The notes under the pieces were generated by a model. The model was not told where the DNA came from, made no database searches, and saw nothing but the letters and a program-made list of their open reading frames with translations. Shown here piece by piece: positions 1-11,208 of a DNA stretch of 64,000 nt. A program made the position numbers and the translations under genes. Every line of letters starts with the position of its first letter. Within the stretch, counting starts at the first letter, position 1. This DNA comes from an uncultured Methanosarcinaceae archaeon (GTDB lineage: Archaea; Halobacteriota; Methanosarcinia; Methanosarcinales; Methanosarcinaceae): NCBI GenBank assembly GCA_963721455.1, contig CAVRJG010000045.1:64001-128000 (forward strand), read 5' to 3'.

Positions 1-1513
1 GTGGTCGCTACGCATCCGCATGCAGATCATATCGGTGGCGTGTCTGATATCCTCAAAACCTTCCCAGTCGGAAAGTTCTTAGATAGCGGGTACCCGCATA
101 CTTCGGGGACGTACGAATACATGCTCGAAACAATCGACAGTAATAATATTCCCTTTACAACAGTAAAGCGTGGCGACAAGATCGACTTTGCTTCGGGTGT
201 TGTTGTAGAGGTCCTGAATCCGGGAAACTCGTATTTCACTGATGATCTCAACCAAAACTCAGTAGTTTTAAAGGTTACTGATGGAAGCGTATCTTTCCTG
301 CTTATGGGTGATGCCGGAATAGAAGCAGAAGATGCCATAATGAAAGACGGCTACAATGTTGATGCCGATATCCTTAAAGTAGGACACCACGGGAGCAGCA
401 CTTCCAGTGGGGAAACTTTCATTTCGGCTGTGAGCCCTGCTGTGAGTATCATCGAAGTTGGTGCCGGGAATGAGTATGGACCACCCACACACTGAGGCAC
501 TTGAAACGCTACAAAAAGCCTCAATGGTTTACAGAACAGATGTTGATGGTACAGTCACCGTAACAACAGATGGATCTGCCTATACAGTAACAACGGAGAA
601 AACAACAGTTACAGGTTCTACAGTACTATCAGAAACTCCAACTAAAACTCCAACAGAGAATCTAACTGAAACTCCAACAGAAACTCTAACTGAAACTCTA
701 ACTGAAACTCCAACAGAAACACCTGATCAAACTCCAACAGAAATCCCAACTGAGACTCCAACAGAAGCACCTGCAGAAGAAGCCGAAGACACTGGGAGCA
801 GTTCTGGAGGCAGCCATCACAGCTCCGGATCATCCGGTGGATCTACAGGTGGATCTCCTGAACCTCAAAAGAATGTGGAGTTTAAGGACACAACTAAGGC
901 CTTTATTCCTAATGAGAAGCCTGTATATTTCAATTTCATAAACAATGTTACTATAGTCAATTACATAAGCTTCACATCAAAGAAAACCGTAGGCAAAACT
1001 ACAGCAATTGTTGAGAACCTGAAGAATAAATCTGAATTGGTTTCAGAATTTCCTGAAGGGATTATCTATAATTCCTTTAACGTCTGGGTTGGAAACGGTG
1101 GCTATGGAAACTCTGACAACATTATAAATGCAACCATAAATTTCAAGGTTGAAAAACCCTGGATCCAGGAAAATAACATAGATCCTTCTTCTATTGTGCT
1201 GTATAAGTATGATGACGAGAAGAAAGAATGGGTGAAGCTGCCAGTAAACCTGGCAAACGAAGACGATCAGTCCCTGCATTTCACAGCAAAAGTGCCTGGG
1301 TACTCTTCTTTTGTAATAACCGGTACAAAAGGTGAACGCAATACAACAGCCACAGAACCTGCTCAAACAGTAATAAGCAGTAATGAAAGCGATAATGCGA
1401 GCAATATTGCAAGTAACGAAGCTGAAGAAAACCCGAAGTCGCCTGGGTTTGGCATAATCAGTGGAGTGATCTGCCTACTATGTATATTCTTGTCCAGAAT
1501 TAAAGAAAGATAA
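1..1513 (+). CDS. ComEC/Rec2-like MBL-fold metallo-hydrolase fused to Thr/Pro/Glu linker, PGF-pre-PGF domain and PGF-CTERM anchor (5' truncated by window; 1-nt frameshift near 481)
   Basis: THPHADHIGG, DLNQNSVV, MGDA and LKVGHHGS motifs; GNEYG-HPH is restored by removing one C at ~481, joining ORF 1-495 to ORF 458-1513, which ends KSPGF + hydrophobic helix + basic tail. Confidence 0.85.
625..785 (+). repeat. Coding 12-bp (TETP-like) tandem repeat linker
   Basis: Repeated gaaactccaaca/gaaactctaact units encoding TETPTETLTETP. Confidence 0.8.
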
Positions 1514-1875
1514 AGTAGTGTGAATTATAGTTAATAGTGGAGGTCTTTTATCAAATATGGCAAGTGGGTAAATTCCCCTTTCTTGCCATATTTTAAAGCC
1601 ATCCTATTTTTTGAGTAATTGGCTTCTGATGCTTGATTACAAAGTTTAAAAATTTGAAAAATTTCCGAATTAAAAATAATCAATTGAGTTTCTGATTCTG
1701 AAAAAGTTCTGAAGCCTTCGCTGTTGAAGATGAAATTGATTTTGGATGAACCCTATAATGACTAGCACAGCTACTGAATTATACTGGGAACTAAGCAAGC
1801 CCCATCTGGAACAATGATGGGGAATAAGGCATATTTTTATGATAATAATGGAAAACTGGTTTCCACACTGGAGAG

Positions 1876-2133
1876 ATGGAAATGGAGAGTTTTAAAGTTA
1901 CATTAGACAGGATTGAAGAAGGTATTGCAGTATTGCTTGTGAGAAATGAAGAGACAATAAAAATTAATATTCCTCTCTTTTTATTGCCTCCTGAAAGCAG
2001 AGAAGGAGATATTCTGGATATCACTATTGACAAAGATATGAAAGAGACAGAGGATGCAAAAGAGAGAGTATTGAGTTTGCTTGAGAAGCTTAAGAAAAAG
2101 AATCAAGAAAGAAACAAAATGAAGCTACCTTAA
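1876..2133 (+). CDS. DUF3006 family protein
   Basis: TLDRIEEGIAVLLV...LPPESREGDILDI; family usually lies downstream of ComEC-like genes. Confidence 0.8.
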   Translation: MEMESFKVTLDRIEEGIAVLLVRNEETIKINIPLFLLPPESREGDILDITIDKDMKETEDAKERVLSLLEKLKKKNQERNKMKLP

Positions 2134-2759
2134 ATTGTGTAATTATTTAGAAAAGCGAGAGGTAGATGGGTGGGTGAAGCAGGCCCGTCCTGGCTTGAGG
2201 AGACAGGATGGAACAATTAGACCTGTCTAGACGTGATTGAAAACCCTAGCCGATTGGGTCTATATAACATAATCAATTACAAACTATTTAAATTCCATTT
2301 TTGAGTTTATGTTGAACATAATAAATGTAGGATTTAGAAAATTTTAGAAAATTTATATAGAGTGATCTCAAATATTAAACCCTTATCAGTACACTGGAAT
2401 GCGCTAAAGTTACTGTACGTCAGTTTCTTTTTAATGAAATCACCTTAGTTATGACAATAAAAAGATTATTTTCCTTATTTTACCCCTTTTGACTATTTTC
2501 TGAGCAAGATCCCATCATCAGGCAAATAATCTGTGTATATTACTTGAGAATCCTTACCCTTGAGATATTTATTAAAGAAATCAAGGAACAGCATGTTAAT
2601 GATACTTCCATTCTACATTTCTTAAAAATACTCTGAAAAAATCAGATCGACTGAGATTAGGGTCTAAGCAGTCTCACTCTGGAGAAACGAACCCATACCC
2701 CGCCGTACTGACGGCTGCCAGAACGTCGAAGAGTTTTACTGCCTTGGGTTATCGTCTCA

Positions 2760-5034
2760 TTATTGCAGCGGCGGCCCATCGCGGGTGTATGCCGTTGAAT
2801 CCAGAACAGCCAGCCAGTCGAAATCGGTGAAGCTTTGGGGAGTTAGTGGGACAAAAAAGGAGGTGGAAGACCAAGAACTATTACAGACGAATCTCGTGCA
2901 TGGATGATCAAGATTGCATGTATGAAACCAAAAGATTTTGGGTATCCACATGAAATATGGACACAGAGACTCTTAACTAAATATGTGCAGAAAAACTGTG
3001 TCAAGGAAGGACATCCTGAATTATCAAAGATAAGTCAGGGAACGATTTCAAAAATCTTGAACGCAAGTAGCATAAAACCACATAAAATCAAGTATTACAC
3101 CGCCAAAGTGGACCCAGATTTTGATGAAAAGGCAACGAAAGTTTTGGGCACATATAAAGAAGTTAAAAAACTAAAAAAAAAATTAAAAAAAAGAAAACGT
3201 TAGATAGAGCAATATTTTCATGTGATGAAAAAACAGGTATTCAAGCTATTGGGAATAAGTATCCAGATCTGATGCCAGTAGAAGGAAAATATCCTAAGAT
3301 GGCAAGGGATCATGAGTATATTAGACATGGTACTCTTTCATTATTTGCTTGTACTGATCTGATTACTGGGAAAGTTCATCACAAAGTTTTTGAAAAAAAT
3401 AGAAGTCGTGAGTTTATTGAGATTTTGAAAGAAATAATTTCAGATTACCAGGATACAAAAATAGTCGTGATTCTTGATAACTACATAATACACATATCAG
3501 AAGAAACTAAAAAATATCTAAGTACCTTGGAAAAGGGAAAGTTAAAGTTCGTATTCACACCAATACATGGAAGCTGGTTGAATATTATTGAAAGTTTCTT
3601 CAGCAAAATGATTAGAAGCTTTTTAAGGGCAATAAGAGTAGAATCTGTAGAGGAATTGAAGGATAGGATTGCTCAATACATAAATTTACTCAATGAGGAA
3701 CCTGTGATATTTATGTGGAAATATAAAGTTGAAGAAAAAGATAAGATTCCTGGTGGAATTGCGATATGAAAAAAATATGCAATTAATTTGGAATCGATGC
3801 AGTAGGTCGGGTTCTTCATACTGCCCGAGCGAGTCGGAAGAGCTTCAATTTCCGAGGCTGGAAGCTCCTTGCCTCTGTGAGTTGGAATTAACCGCACCGG
3901 CCCCGGTACAGCAGTCAGTCTCTCCTCAAGCGTGCCTGCATCGGGCTGGCCAATGCCATTGGCATCAGAAACGCCCACTGCCGAACCGATAACGGCATAG
4001 CGCGGGCCGAACATCTCATTGAGATGAGATCCCACCGGCCACCATGTTAACAAGTCAGTGCCCAATTGCCATTGAGCCTTTCCACGCTTCAGATGGCTGT
4101 TGTGAGCAAAGGTAAACACTTTCCCCCGGCCACGCTCAAAGGACACCATGTACGCCAGATTATCCGCCATCAACGCGTCACGGATGCCGAGAAGTCGGAC
4201 AAGCCGATCGCCCGAATTTTGCGCCAACACAGCATGATAGTTTAATAGCTGCCGTGCCACAGACGCATAATTCATGGCTTCCAGATAGTGGCTTTTGTCA
4301 CTTTTAGCCACCAGTTCGGGCCGGCGTACGCATAGTTCTGAAATAAGATCTTCCGTCTCAATTCGCAGCGCAGTTGCGGCTGGTGACAGGCCTATTGACT
4401 GCGTCGGGTCAAGTGCTGCAGCAGGATTCTCCCAATCGGCGTCCTGGCCGAGAAGCAGGTCGATGCGTTCGCGATGCTCCTGGCTGCTGTCATTATCAAT
4501 CGAGGAGAGGTAATCGAGCACAAAATGCAGGACTTGCCTCGGACTATCGGTGCCTATCATCTCTGTCGGACTATCGAAGCCGTAGAACTGGAGTTTGACG
4601 CTATGGGAAGGGGCGGCATTGTAGCGCCGCATCCACTCCACGAGTTCTCGATTCGCATTGAGCCGGCCGAAGCCGTGGCTAAATCCGGTGTCCTGTACAG
4701 CCTCATACGATGCAGGGCCGTGACCGGCTATGTACTCATTCACTACACGAGCCCGAGGGAAACTGCTTTCGATGGCAATGGCGCTGTAGCCATGCGTTTC
4801 CACTAAGCGCTGGAAGAGCCGGTTGCGAAATATAAGAATGTCTTCGCCGCCGTGAAGTGCTTCTCCAAAGCCAAGCAACTCCACCGATTCGTCAAGTGAG
4901 GCTATGACCCTGTCGATGGAAGCGTTGAAGGTTTCGGACGAATCGACAGAGAACGGGATCGCTTCGTGTAGAATCCAATCGTCGAGGGTGGTATATACCG
5001 GGTCGGAACTCCTATGAAATAAACTTTCTTTCAT
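2760..5034 (-). pseudogene. Erythromycin esterase (EreA/EreB-like) family gene interrupted by truncated IS630 (segments 5034-3801 and 2851-2760)
   Basis: LLGFGEALHG, IAIES, FYGFDSP, RDALMADN and AHNSH motifs; removing 2852-3800 gives in-frame ...KNPTYFPLTPQSFTDFDWLAVLDSTAYTRDGPPLQ*. Confidence 0.85.
2849..3801 (+). mobile_element. 5'-truncated IS630-family element (copy of 27362-28616 lacking ~300 bp of left end)
   Basis: Matches 27663-28615 at constant offset 24814; ORFs 2904-3203 and 3272-3769 identical to those of the full copy; right TIR ggaatcgatgca present. Confidence 0.95.
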
Positions 5035-5401
5035 TTCCCAAGACCTCCTGGTAATTAGGCCAATCCATATATTTTTTTCATCTTTTTTCTCAAAGTCAAT
5101 AACTTTTAATTCTTCTGTTGCCGGATGTCATATAACGAAAAACGCTGGCCGCGATTAGAAAGGCGCAGACGGAGAATAGTTTCATGTAGCCTGTTTCGGG
5201 TTGACAGCGTTCATTACTCCAGTCCTACGACGTCTCAAATCGCCTCTAATTCAATCCTTGTCGATTTTGTTAGCCTTGAATTTGGGGTTCTGAGAGTCGA
5301 TTCTCAAGAAATAAGGGCAATCCTTAACATTTCTTATGGATCGTATCTTAACCGAATACAAATGAATAAAATTTAAAAAACGCGAGGAAAATTTTTGGGT
5401 T

Positions 5402-6268
5402 TTATATATTTACTCGTTCATTTAGATTTTCATTTACAATTTCTAGTGTATTTTTAATGAATTCCAGATCGACGTCATCATACTCTTCTTTATAATTATT
5501 TATTATATCGAAGATTTTTTCAGCTAAATCATAAGGGCTACTAGATTCTTTTTCATTTTCTTGTTCTTCAATTTCCTTATAATCTATTTCCTTCTCTTCT
5601 TTAATTTCATCAAAAATTTCTTTTTCTTCAATTTCCTTCAACGCAATTTTAATATTAGGAATCTCTTTTTTCCCAACCTTTTCAATAATTTCTTTTTGTA
5701 CTTCAGCGGGCTTTTGAGATAATTCAACTATATCTTTTCTCGTACCTTTAATTTCTCTACCAAGCATTTTATAAGGATTTATACTAGCGTTATTAGCAAC
5801 CTCATCTATTGCATTAGCAAATTTCTCTGCTTTTCTTACAGTTACAGGAGTTACTTTGTATTTCTCTGCTATTCTTTGTTCGATTACACTATTTTTGGGT
5901 CGTAAAGTGACTAAATTATTTCCAAATTTTGGTCTAAATTCTTCTTTTTTTTCTTCCTGATACCTCTTTCCAATCAAATATGATCTCTGCTCATTGGTCA
6001 TGCTTCTTCGATTCAATTGATTATTAATGATCCAATTTATCGCTTCAAACCTGTCATTAAATTCTTTTTCAGATACTGGAAACTCTATATTGAACTCCTT
6101 ACAAATTGAATACCTATTATGACCATCAATAATAATATTATCCCAAATAACAATGGGATATGAAATATCATATCCATTATTCACAATACTCTCTTTTAAG
6201 CCCTGAAATTCTTCTGGTTTCATTGGAGGTATTAAATTTTTGAATTCGGAATCTATTATCAGTTCCAT
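5402..6268 (-). CDS. ParB/Srx-like N-terminal domain + HTH protein (plasmid/phage-type)
   Basis: IDSEFKNLIPP..EEFQGLKESI..G, IIIDGHNRY, NQLNRR, HTH-like IAEKYKVTPVTVR; very AT-rich. Confidence 0.75.
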   Translation of the reverse strand: MELIIDSEFKNLIPPMKPEEFQGLKESIVNNGYDISYPIVIWDNIIIDGHNRYSICKEFNIEFPVSEKEFNDRFEAINWIINNQLNRRSMTNEQRSYLIGKRYQEEKKEEFRPKFGNNLVTLRPKNSVIEQRIAEKYKVTPVTVRKAEKFANAIDEVANNASINPYKMLGREIKGTRKDIVELSQKPAEVQKEIIEKVGKKEIPNIKIALKEIEEKEIFDEIKEEKEIDYKEIEEQENEKESSSPYDLAEKIFDIINNYKEEYDDVDLEFIKNTLEIVNENLNERVNI

Positions 6269-6773
6269 TTTATTTTTCCCCTTTGTTCAGCTATCTTTCA
6301 ACCTTACCGATTACATTAAAATAGATTTCTGGTATTATTCACTTTCTTATCTGATTTTTTAAGTAATTATTTTACCCAGTTTCCGCAGATATACACAAAA
6401 ATGCCAAACGTGATGATAAGCCTTTCATCCTTAACAGCCATATTTTAGAAAGAGTCGAATCCGTAAAATTTCAAAATTATTTTCAGGATCAGAAGCTACA
6501 TTTATCATTCAAATTCTAAAATTAGGAGAAGCAATTTTGAGTTTTGGGGTCAGCTCTTTAAAAAAGGTGATTAATCCATTTTGGGGCTGTAATCATAAAT
6601 GTATCTTAGAAACTACCGACCTGAATTTTTTTGATTTTATAGTCGATTTTTCTCTTGTGCAAGAAGCTATTTACCTTTTCCCATCGTTATCTACTTATAC
6701 TTTTTATCACATTTATATAGTTGATCCATAGGTTCAGTCCCCGATGTATGAAGAAGACGTACAAAGGAGGGAT

Positions 6774-6942
6774 GTAACTCAACTAAGTGGTAACTTGATT
6801 AAAGTAATTTAACTAAGTAATGACTTAAATGAGTAGTAACTTGATTAAAGTAATTTAACTAAGTAATGACTTAAATAAGTAGTAACTTGATTAAAGTAAT
6901 TTAACTAAGTAATGACTTAAATGAGTAGTAACTTACTAAGTA
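6774..6942. repeat. AT-rich 46-bp tandem repeat x3 plus partial copies (iteron/parS-like)
   Basis: gtaacttgattaaagtaatttaactaagtaatgacttaaat(g/a)agta at 6790, 6836, 6882 and partial at 6928; no spacers. Confidence 0.9.
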
Positions 6943-7099
6943 CAGAACTAAATTACATAAAATGGGACTAAGTCCTATGGATCACTAAAAGATTCTAAAA
7001 GCCTTTTTCTACATAGATTTTTGATAATAGGGGAATTAGACGGCATCTAGTATTTGATAAATGTGTTTTAAACTTGGAGCCTATCCCGAAATTAATATT

Positions 7100-7285
7100 T
7101 ATGGGCTCTTCGCTGTTTTGTATGGGTTGAAAATAATTGCTTAGTTAGACAGTTGTCCGGCCAAAATGAAAAACATCGAGCTTGACTGTGATTTTCAACA
7201 ACAAACGTTTCTAAATTTTATGCATGCTACTTCCATAGTTAGAAATGGATGTAAATTACCCACTCGAAACAGCGAAGAGCCCATA
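7100..7285. mobile_element. MITE (~186 bp) with 19-bp perfect terminal inverted repeats
   Basis: tatgggctcttcgctgttt (7100-7118) / aaacagcgaagagcccata (7267-7285). Confidence 0.75.
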
Positions 7286-7325
7286 TAGTTGGAAAATACT
7301 CCCTCGAATTTGAAGAGGATACATA

Positions 7326-7460
7326 ATACTATGAGAAATTTGAGGAATTCTTGAAACAAGTAGAAAGCTTCTTTGAATACATTGGTCAATGTGATTCAGA
7401 ATTAAAGCAGTTATTAACTCAAAAAAAGCAGTTATTAACTCAAAAATTCCAAATTTTATA
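7326..7460 (+). pseudogene. C-terminal remnant of a different IS630-family transposase
   Basis: YYEKFEEFLKQVESFFEYIGQCDSELKQLLTQKFQIL* once a ~21-bp local duplication (aaagcagttattaactcaaaa) is removed. Confidence 0.55.
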
Positions 7461-7659
7461 AGACGATGAGTATAAATATTGTTTCAGGTCTGGTTTGTTT
7501 ATTTTTATTCAGAATTCCGGTCGTGGAGGACAGTTACTGAAAACCGCAAACAGAGGATTGGTCCTCAAATCTGGACAAAGAAGGTAGGTGTGCCCGTTTT
7601 TTCAGATTTGGTCAATGACTCACGGACACGACCTTAATTTGGAGAAGGTTTAAACCTCC

Positions 7660-8510
7660 TCACCAATACACTTCATACGAACTTATAATACCCATCGGAT
7701 CAAAATAAACGTTCTTAATAAACAAAGGAATTGTTTGATACTCAATTCCATTTGCTAATTTTACACTGGAATCCCAAGATTCCCCTCCGTTTGGAGAGCC
7801 AGTGCAATCAATATATATCATTCCTTCGTCTGATGTCTGGAACGCATTGCAGCAATGGTTTACCCCATCGACTGTAACCCATCCAGCTTTATATCCCACC
7901 TTCTCAGCATTGTTATGTACTGTCTCTGCAAAATCTCCACATGTATATTTTCCAGGAATGTATCTTTGTTCATCTGTTTTGTCTTTTTTGATAAAGGATA
8001 GCAGTTGACTGTACGTAGGATTGACAGCACTATTATTATTTATCAATGATATTTGGTGACCATCTGCACCAACCCAATACGTATTTCCTTCATGTGGATG
8101 AACGGTTACAAAACTTGCACTTGTAGTACTATCTGTAGAGCCGTCGTTACTGCTTTGATCAGTGGAGTCACTTAAGCTGTTACTTGAACCGTCGGGATAG
8201 CTGTTACTTGAACCATCGTTACAATTGTTACAGGAGCCATCGTTACAATTGTTACAGGAGCCATCGTTACTGCTTTGATCAGTGGAATCACTTAAGCTGT
8301 TACTTGAACCGTCGGGATAGCTGTTACTTGAACCGTCGGTATAGCTGTTACTTGAATCGTCGGTATAATTTTTACACGAACCATCGTTACAGCTTTGATC
8401 AGTGGAGCCACTAAAACTGTTGCTACGTGCTGCTGACTGTCAGTGACATGCCAAAAAAGACTGATGTGAAAACACGTTGTGGTTATGTCCATGCATTTGG
8501 CTTATTCTGT
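7660..8510 (-). pseudogene. Secreted Ser/Asn/Asp-repeat protein with C-terminal transglutaminase/papain-like domain; N-terminus degenerate
   Basis: Frame of ORF 7660-8046 stays open to ~8440 through DGSSNSYP/NDGSCNNC repeats; YTCGDFA, NHCCNAF and YIDCTG suggest a Cys-His-Asp triad; signal-peptide region broken. Confidence 0.6.
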
Positions 8511-9641
8511 CCTCCATGTGGTTATCCTAGGCTAGACTTGATGCTACAGTATGCGGACCGAAACTTAATAGGACAATCCGAGCTATTATGTCGAATATTC
8601 CTTACATTGTTTTATCCTATTAGTTTAGATTTAATCAACGACCATTGTAATCGAAATTTCCTGGGATAGTCTCCACATCAACTACTTAAATTTTCCAAAG
8701 ATTATAATAGAAAACAACTTTAAAGCTCCAATGCTTTACTGGCAATGAAAACATTATCAATCCAGAATTAATTACCCTCCCGACATATCTCTTTAACAAT
8801 GAAGAGATATATTGAAGAGGTAGTGACTCTCTATATCTCTCTACAGTTCTTCATACCGATTGAGTGAATTTTTTAAGTTTTTTTCAGTAGACAGTTCAAA
8901 CTTAAAAAGTCTGTCCTGCGATCTTGTATACTTTTCACTTTTCCAAAAAATAGGCACCAATCAATGCAATTTAATTTAATACCCGTTGCAGCAATTAACC
9001 TGAGATATTAAACTAAGGCTAAAAGTTGAAAGTATTATCATAAAATACAAAGAAATAACCCCATTTTCTCAATGAAAAAGTTGTAAAAGTATCTCAAATA
9101 AAAATAGAACATTCTTTTATAAAAAATTTTCTCTCTGATATATCTCGCCCTGTTCACCCTCTGGACTTATTGAAAATTTACAAAATGTGTTCTCCTTTAA
9201 ATACATTTAGAACCGATATTCCGCACATATACACGAATGTAGAATTTATTTGCCGATTTGCCCACTATTATTCATTAAAGGTGAGATGAATTTTTACGCT
9301 CTGCCGTATTGAGAAAATCGATGGTATTTTTGTAGATTTCTGTGGGAAGTAGGTAATATTCTTTTGTGTAGTGCAAGTTAAGCATCAACAAAAGAATTTT
9401 TTAAGGGTATTTACTGAATGCTGTGCTTTTTTAATGCTTTTTACTTGCCATTCATTGAAATTAATTGGGCCAGGTGGATTTTAAAAAAGATAAAAAGGTA
9501 AGAAGCTTGATTTATTCTAAACATTGCTGAGTATTTTAAGTTCCAGTATTATTATATAATATTTATATAATTATGTAATTGATAAGAACTCCGGGAGCTT
9601 AATTTGGGAACCTAATTTAGTTCAAACTGTCAGGGTAGAAT

Positions 9642-9810
9642 TATGCATGATTCCAAATTATGGGAATAAAACTGGACTTTGAAATCAACACTTGCCAAAG
9701 AGTTCCCATGAAAAACTACAAATGGACACGGATAAACACGAATTGAAATCATATGTGTTCATCTGTGTGTATCCTGGGTTTATTGAGGATATATGGAATC
9801 GATGCATTAG
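9642..9810 (-). mobile_element. MITE with ends of the resident IS630 family, containing an internal REP-like palindrome
   Basis: tgcatgattccaaatta resembles reverse complement of IS right end; atatggaatcgatgca resembles reverse complement of IS left end. Confidence 0.7.
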
Positions 9811-10031
9811 CTGTCAGAGAAGAATTATTATTCGCTGGATATTTGGATCAGTTATTGGTCTGTAAAAAGTTTGCCATTTTTTATTCACGCAGACACGGGT
9901 TTGTAGATTCGGGAAGATAAGGGTTGATACTTAGATCGATAAAGATCCAACTAACATGAGATGACATCGAAACATATCTTACTGTCAAAATCCGGAGTTC
10001 CGAACAATTAATTGAGTGGGGATGTATAAAT

Positions 10032-11057
10032 ATGGTGAAAAAATCTGAAGGTAAGAAGATAGAGGAAGCGTCACCTGAGATACCAACTAAACGCACCTGT
10101 GGAACAATGGACGTTCATCTCAGACTGTTAGCAGAGTCGACATCATATGCGCAAGAGCGCACTCGAATTGAAAATCTGGCTTTTGAATATAAAATGGGCT
10201 TACGGGCACTCTTTCGGACAGGAATCGTCCGGATTCCTGTGGTAATTCATGTTATATGGAATAAAGAAGAGCAGAATATCTCTGATGCCCAGATACAGAG
10301 CCAGATGGATGTCCTCAACAAAGACTTCCGTAAGTCGAATCCCGACGTGTCGCAGGTTCCTCCTGTCTGGAGCAATCTCCCGGCAGACCTGGGGATTGAG
10401 TTTTTCCTCGCAACAAAAGATCCGAATGGAAATCCGACTTCAGGAATAACTCGCACCCAGACCTCAGTGGAACGTTTCGATTCCAGTGACAAAATGAAGT
10501 TCGGAGCCACTGGCGGCAAGGATGCATGGCCTTCTGACCGTTATCTAAATATGTGGGTCTGTCCGCTTGGCGGCGGTCTACTGGGTTACGCGCAATTTCC
10601 CGGAGGTCCCGCTGAAAAAGACGGTGTTGTTATTACTCACACAGGGTTTGGTACCACTGGAACTGCCTTACCGCCATTTGACAAGGGACGGACGGCGACC
10701 CATGAAATTGGTCACTGGTTGAACCTTTTCCACATCTGGGGTGATGACTGGAGTGGATGCACGGGCTCGGACGGGGTTGATGACACTCCAAACCAGGCAG
10801 GGAGTAATACTGGCGTTCCGGCATTCCCACATGTTAGTTGTAACAACGGGCCAAACGGCGATATGTTCATGAATTACATGGACTACGTTGACGACAACTG
10901 CATGGTTATGTTCACGCAAGGTCAGGCAACTCGTATAAATGCGTGCCTCGAAGGACCACGGTCATCGTTTCTCAATGCGGCGGAAAGCACAGAGAGGGAA
11001 AAAGCACCGTCGAAGAATAAACCTACAAGGAAGATGGAAGGAAAGCCATCGATGTGA
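10032..11057 (+). CDS. Ulilysin-like M43 (pappalysin) zinc metalloendopeptidase
   Basis: Cys-switch [30 protein letters not shown], Met-turn MNYMDYVDD; recognisably similar to M. acetivorans ulilysin. Confidence 0.92.
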   Translation: MVKKSEGKKIEEASPEIPTKRTCGTMDVHLRLLAESTSYAQERTRIENLAFEYKMGLRALFRTGIVRIPVVIHVIWNKEEQNISDAQIQSQMDVLNKDFRKSNPDVSQVPPVWSNLPADLGIEFFLATKDPNGNPTSGITRTQTSVERFDSSDKMKFGATGGKDAWPSDRYLNMWVCPLGGGLLGYAQFPGGPAEKDGVVITHTGFGTTGTALPPFDKGRTATHEIGHWLNLFHIWGDDWSGCTGSDGVDDTPNQAGSNTGVPAFPHVSCNNGPNGDMFMNYMDYVDDNCMVMFTQGQATRINACLEGPRSSFLNAAESTEREKAPSKNKPTRKMEGKPSM

Positions 11058-11208
11058 AACGCCCTGGAGTGTTTGCTACCGGTATCGGAGCTGCACTGTT
11101 CATAAATGAGATCTCGTTTAAACGGGGCCAGTCAGTACCGGTTATGGATATGTGGGCGGGGTAATTGGTAACTTCTGATCTGGTACGGGCAAATATAAAG
11201 GACAAACT

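Noticed and set aside
2660-2850. GC-rich patch resembling a 5S rRNA/ncRNA or integron attC
   Set aside because: 2760-2851 is the displaced 3' end of the esterase gene; no convincing 5S or attC structure
3673-3800. C-terminus CIDSKL...KFMY of the 453-aa ORF
   Set aside because: Read-through into the antisense strand of the IS630
6774-6942. Possible CRISPR array
   Set aside because: Repeats are contiguous with no unique spacers, and no cas genes are nearby
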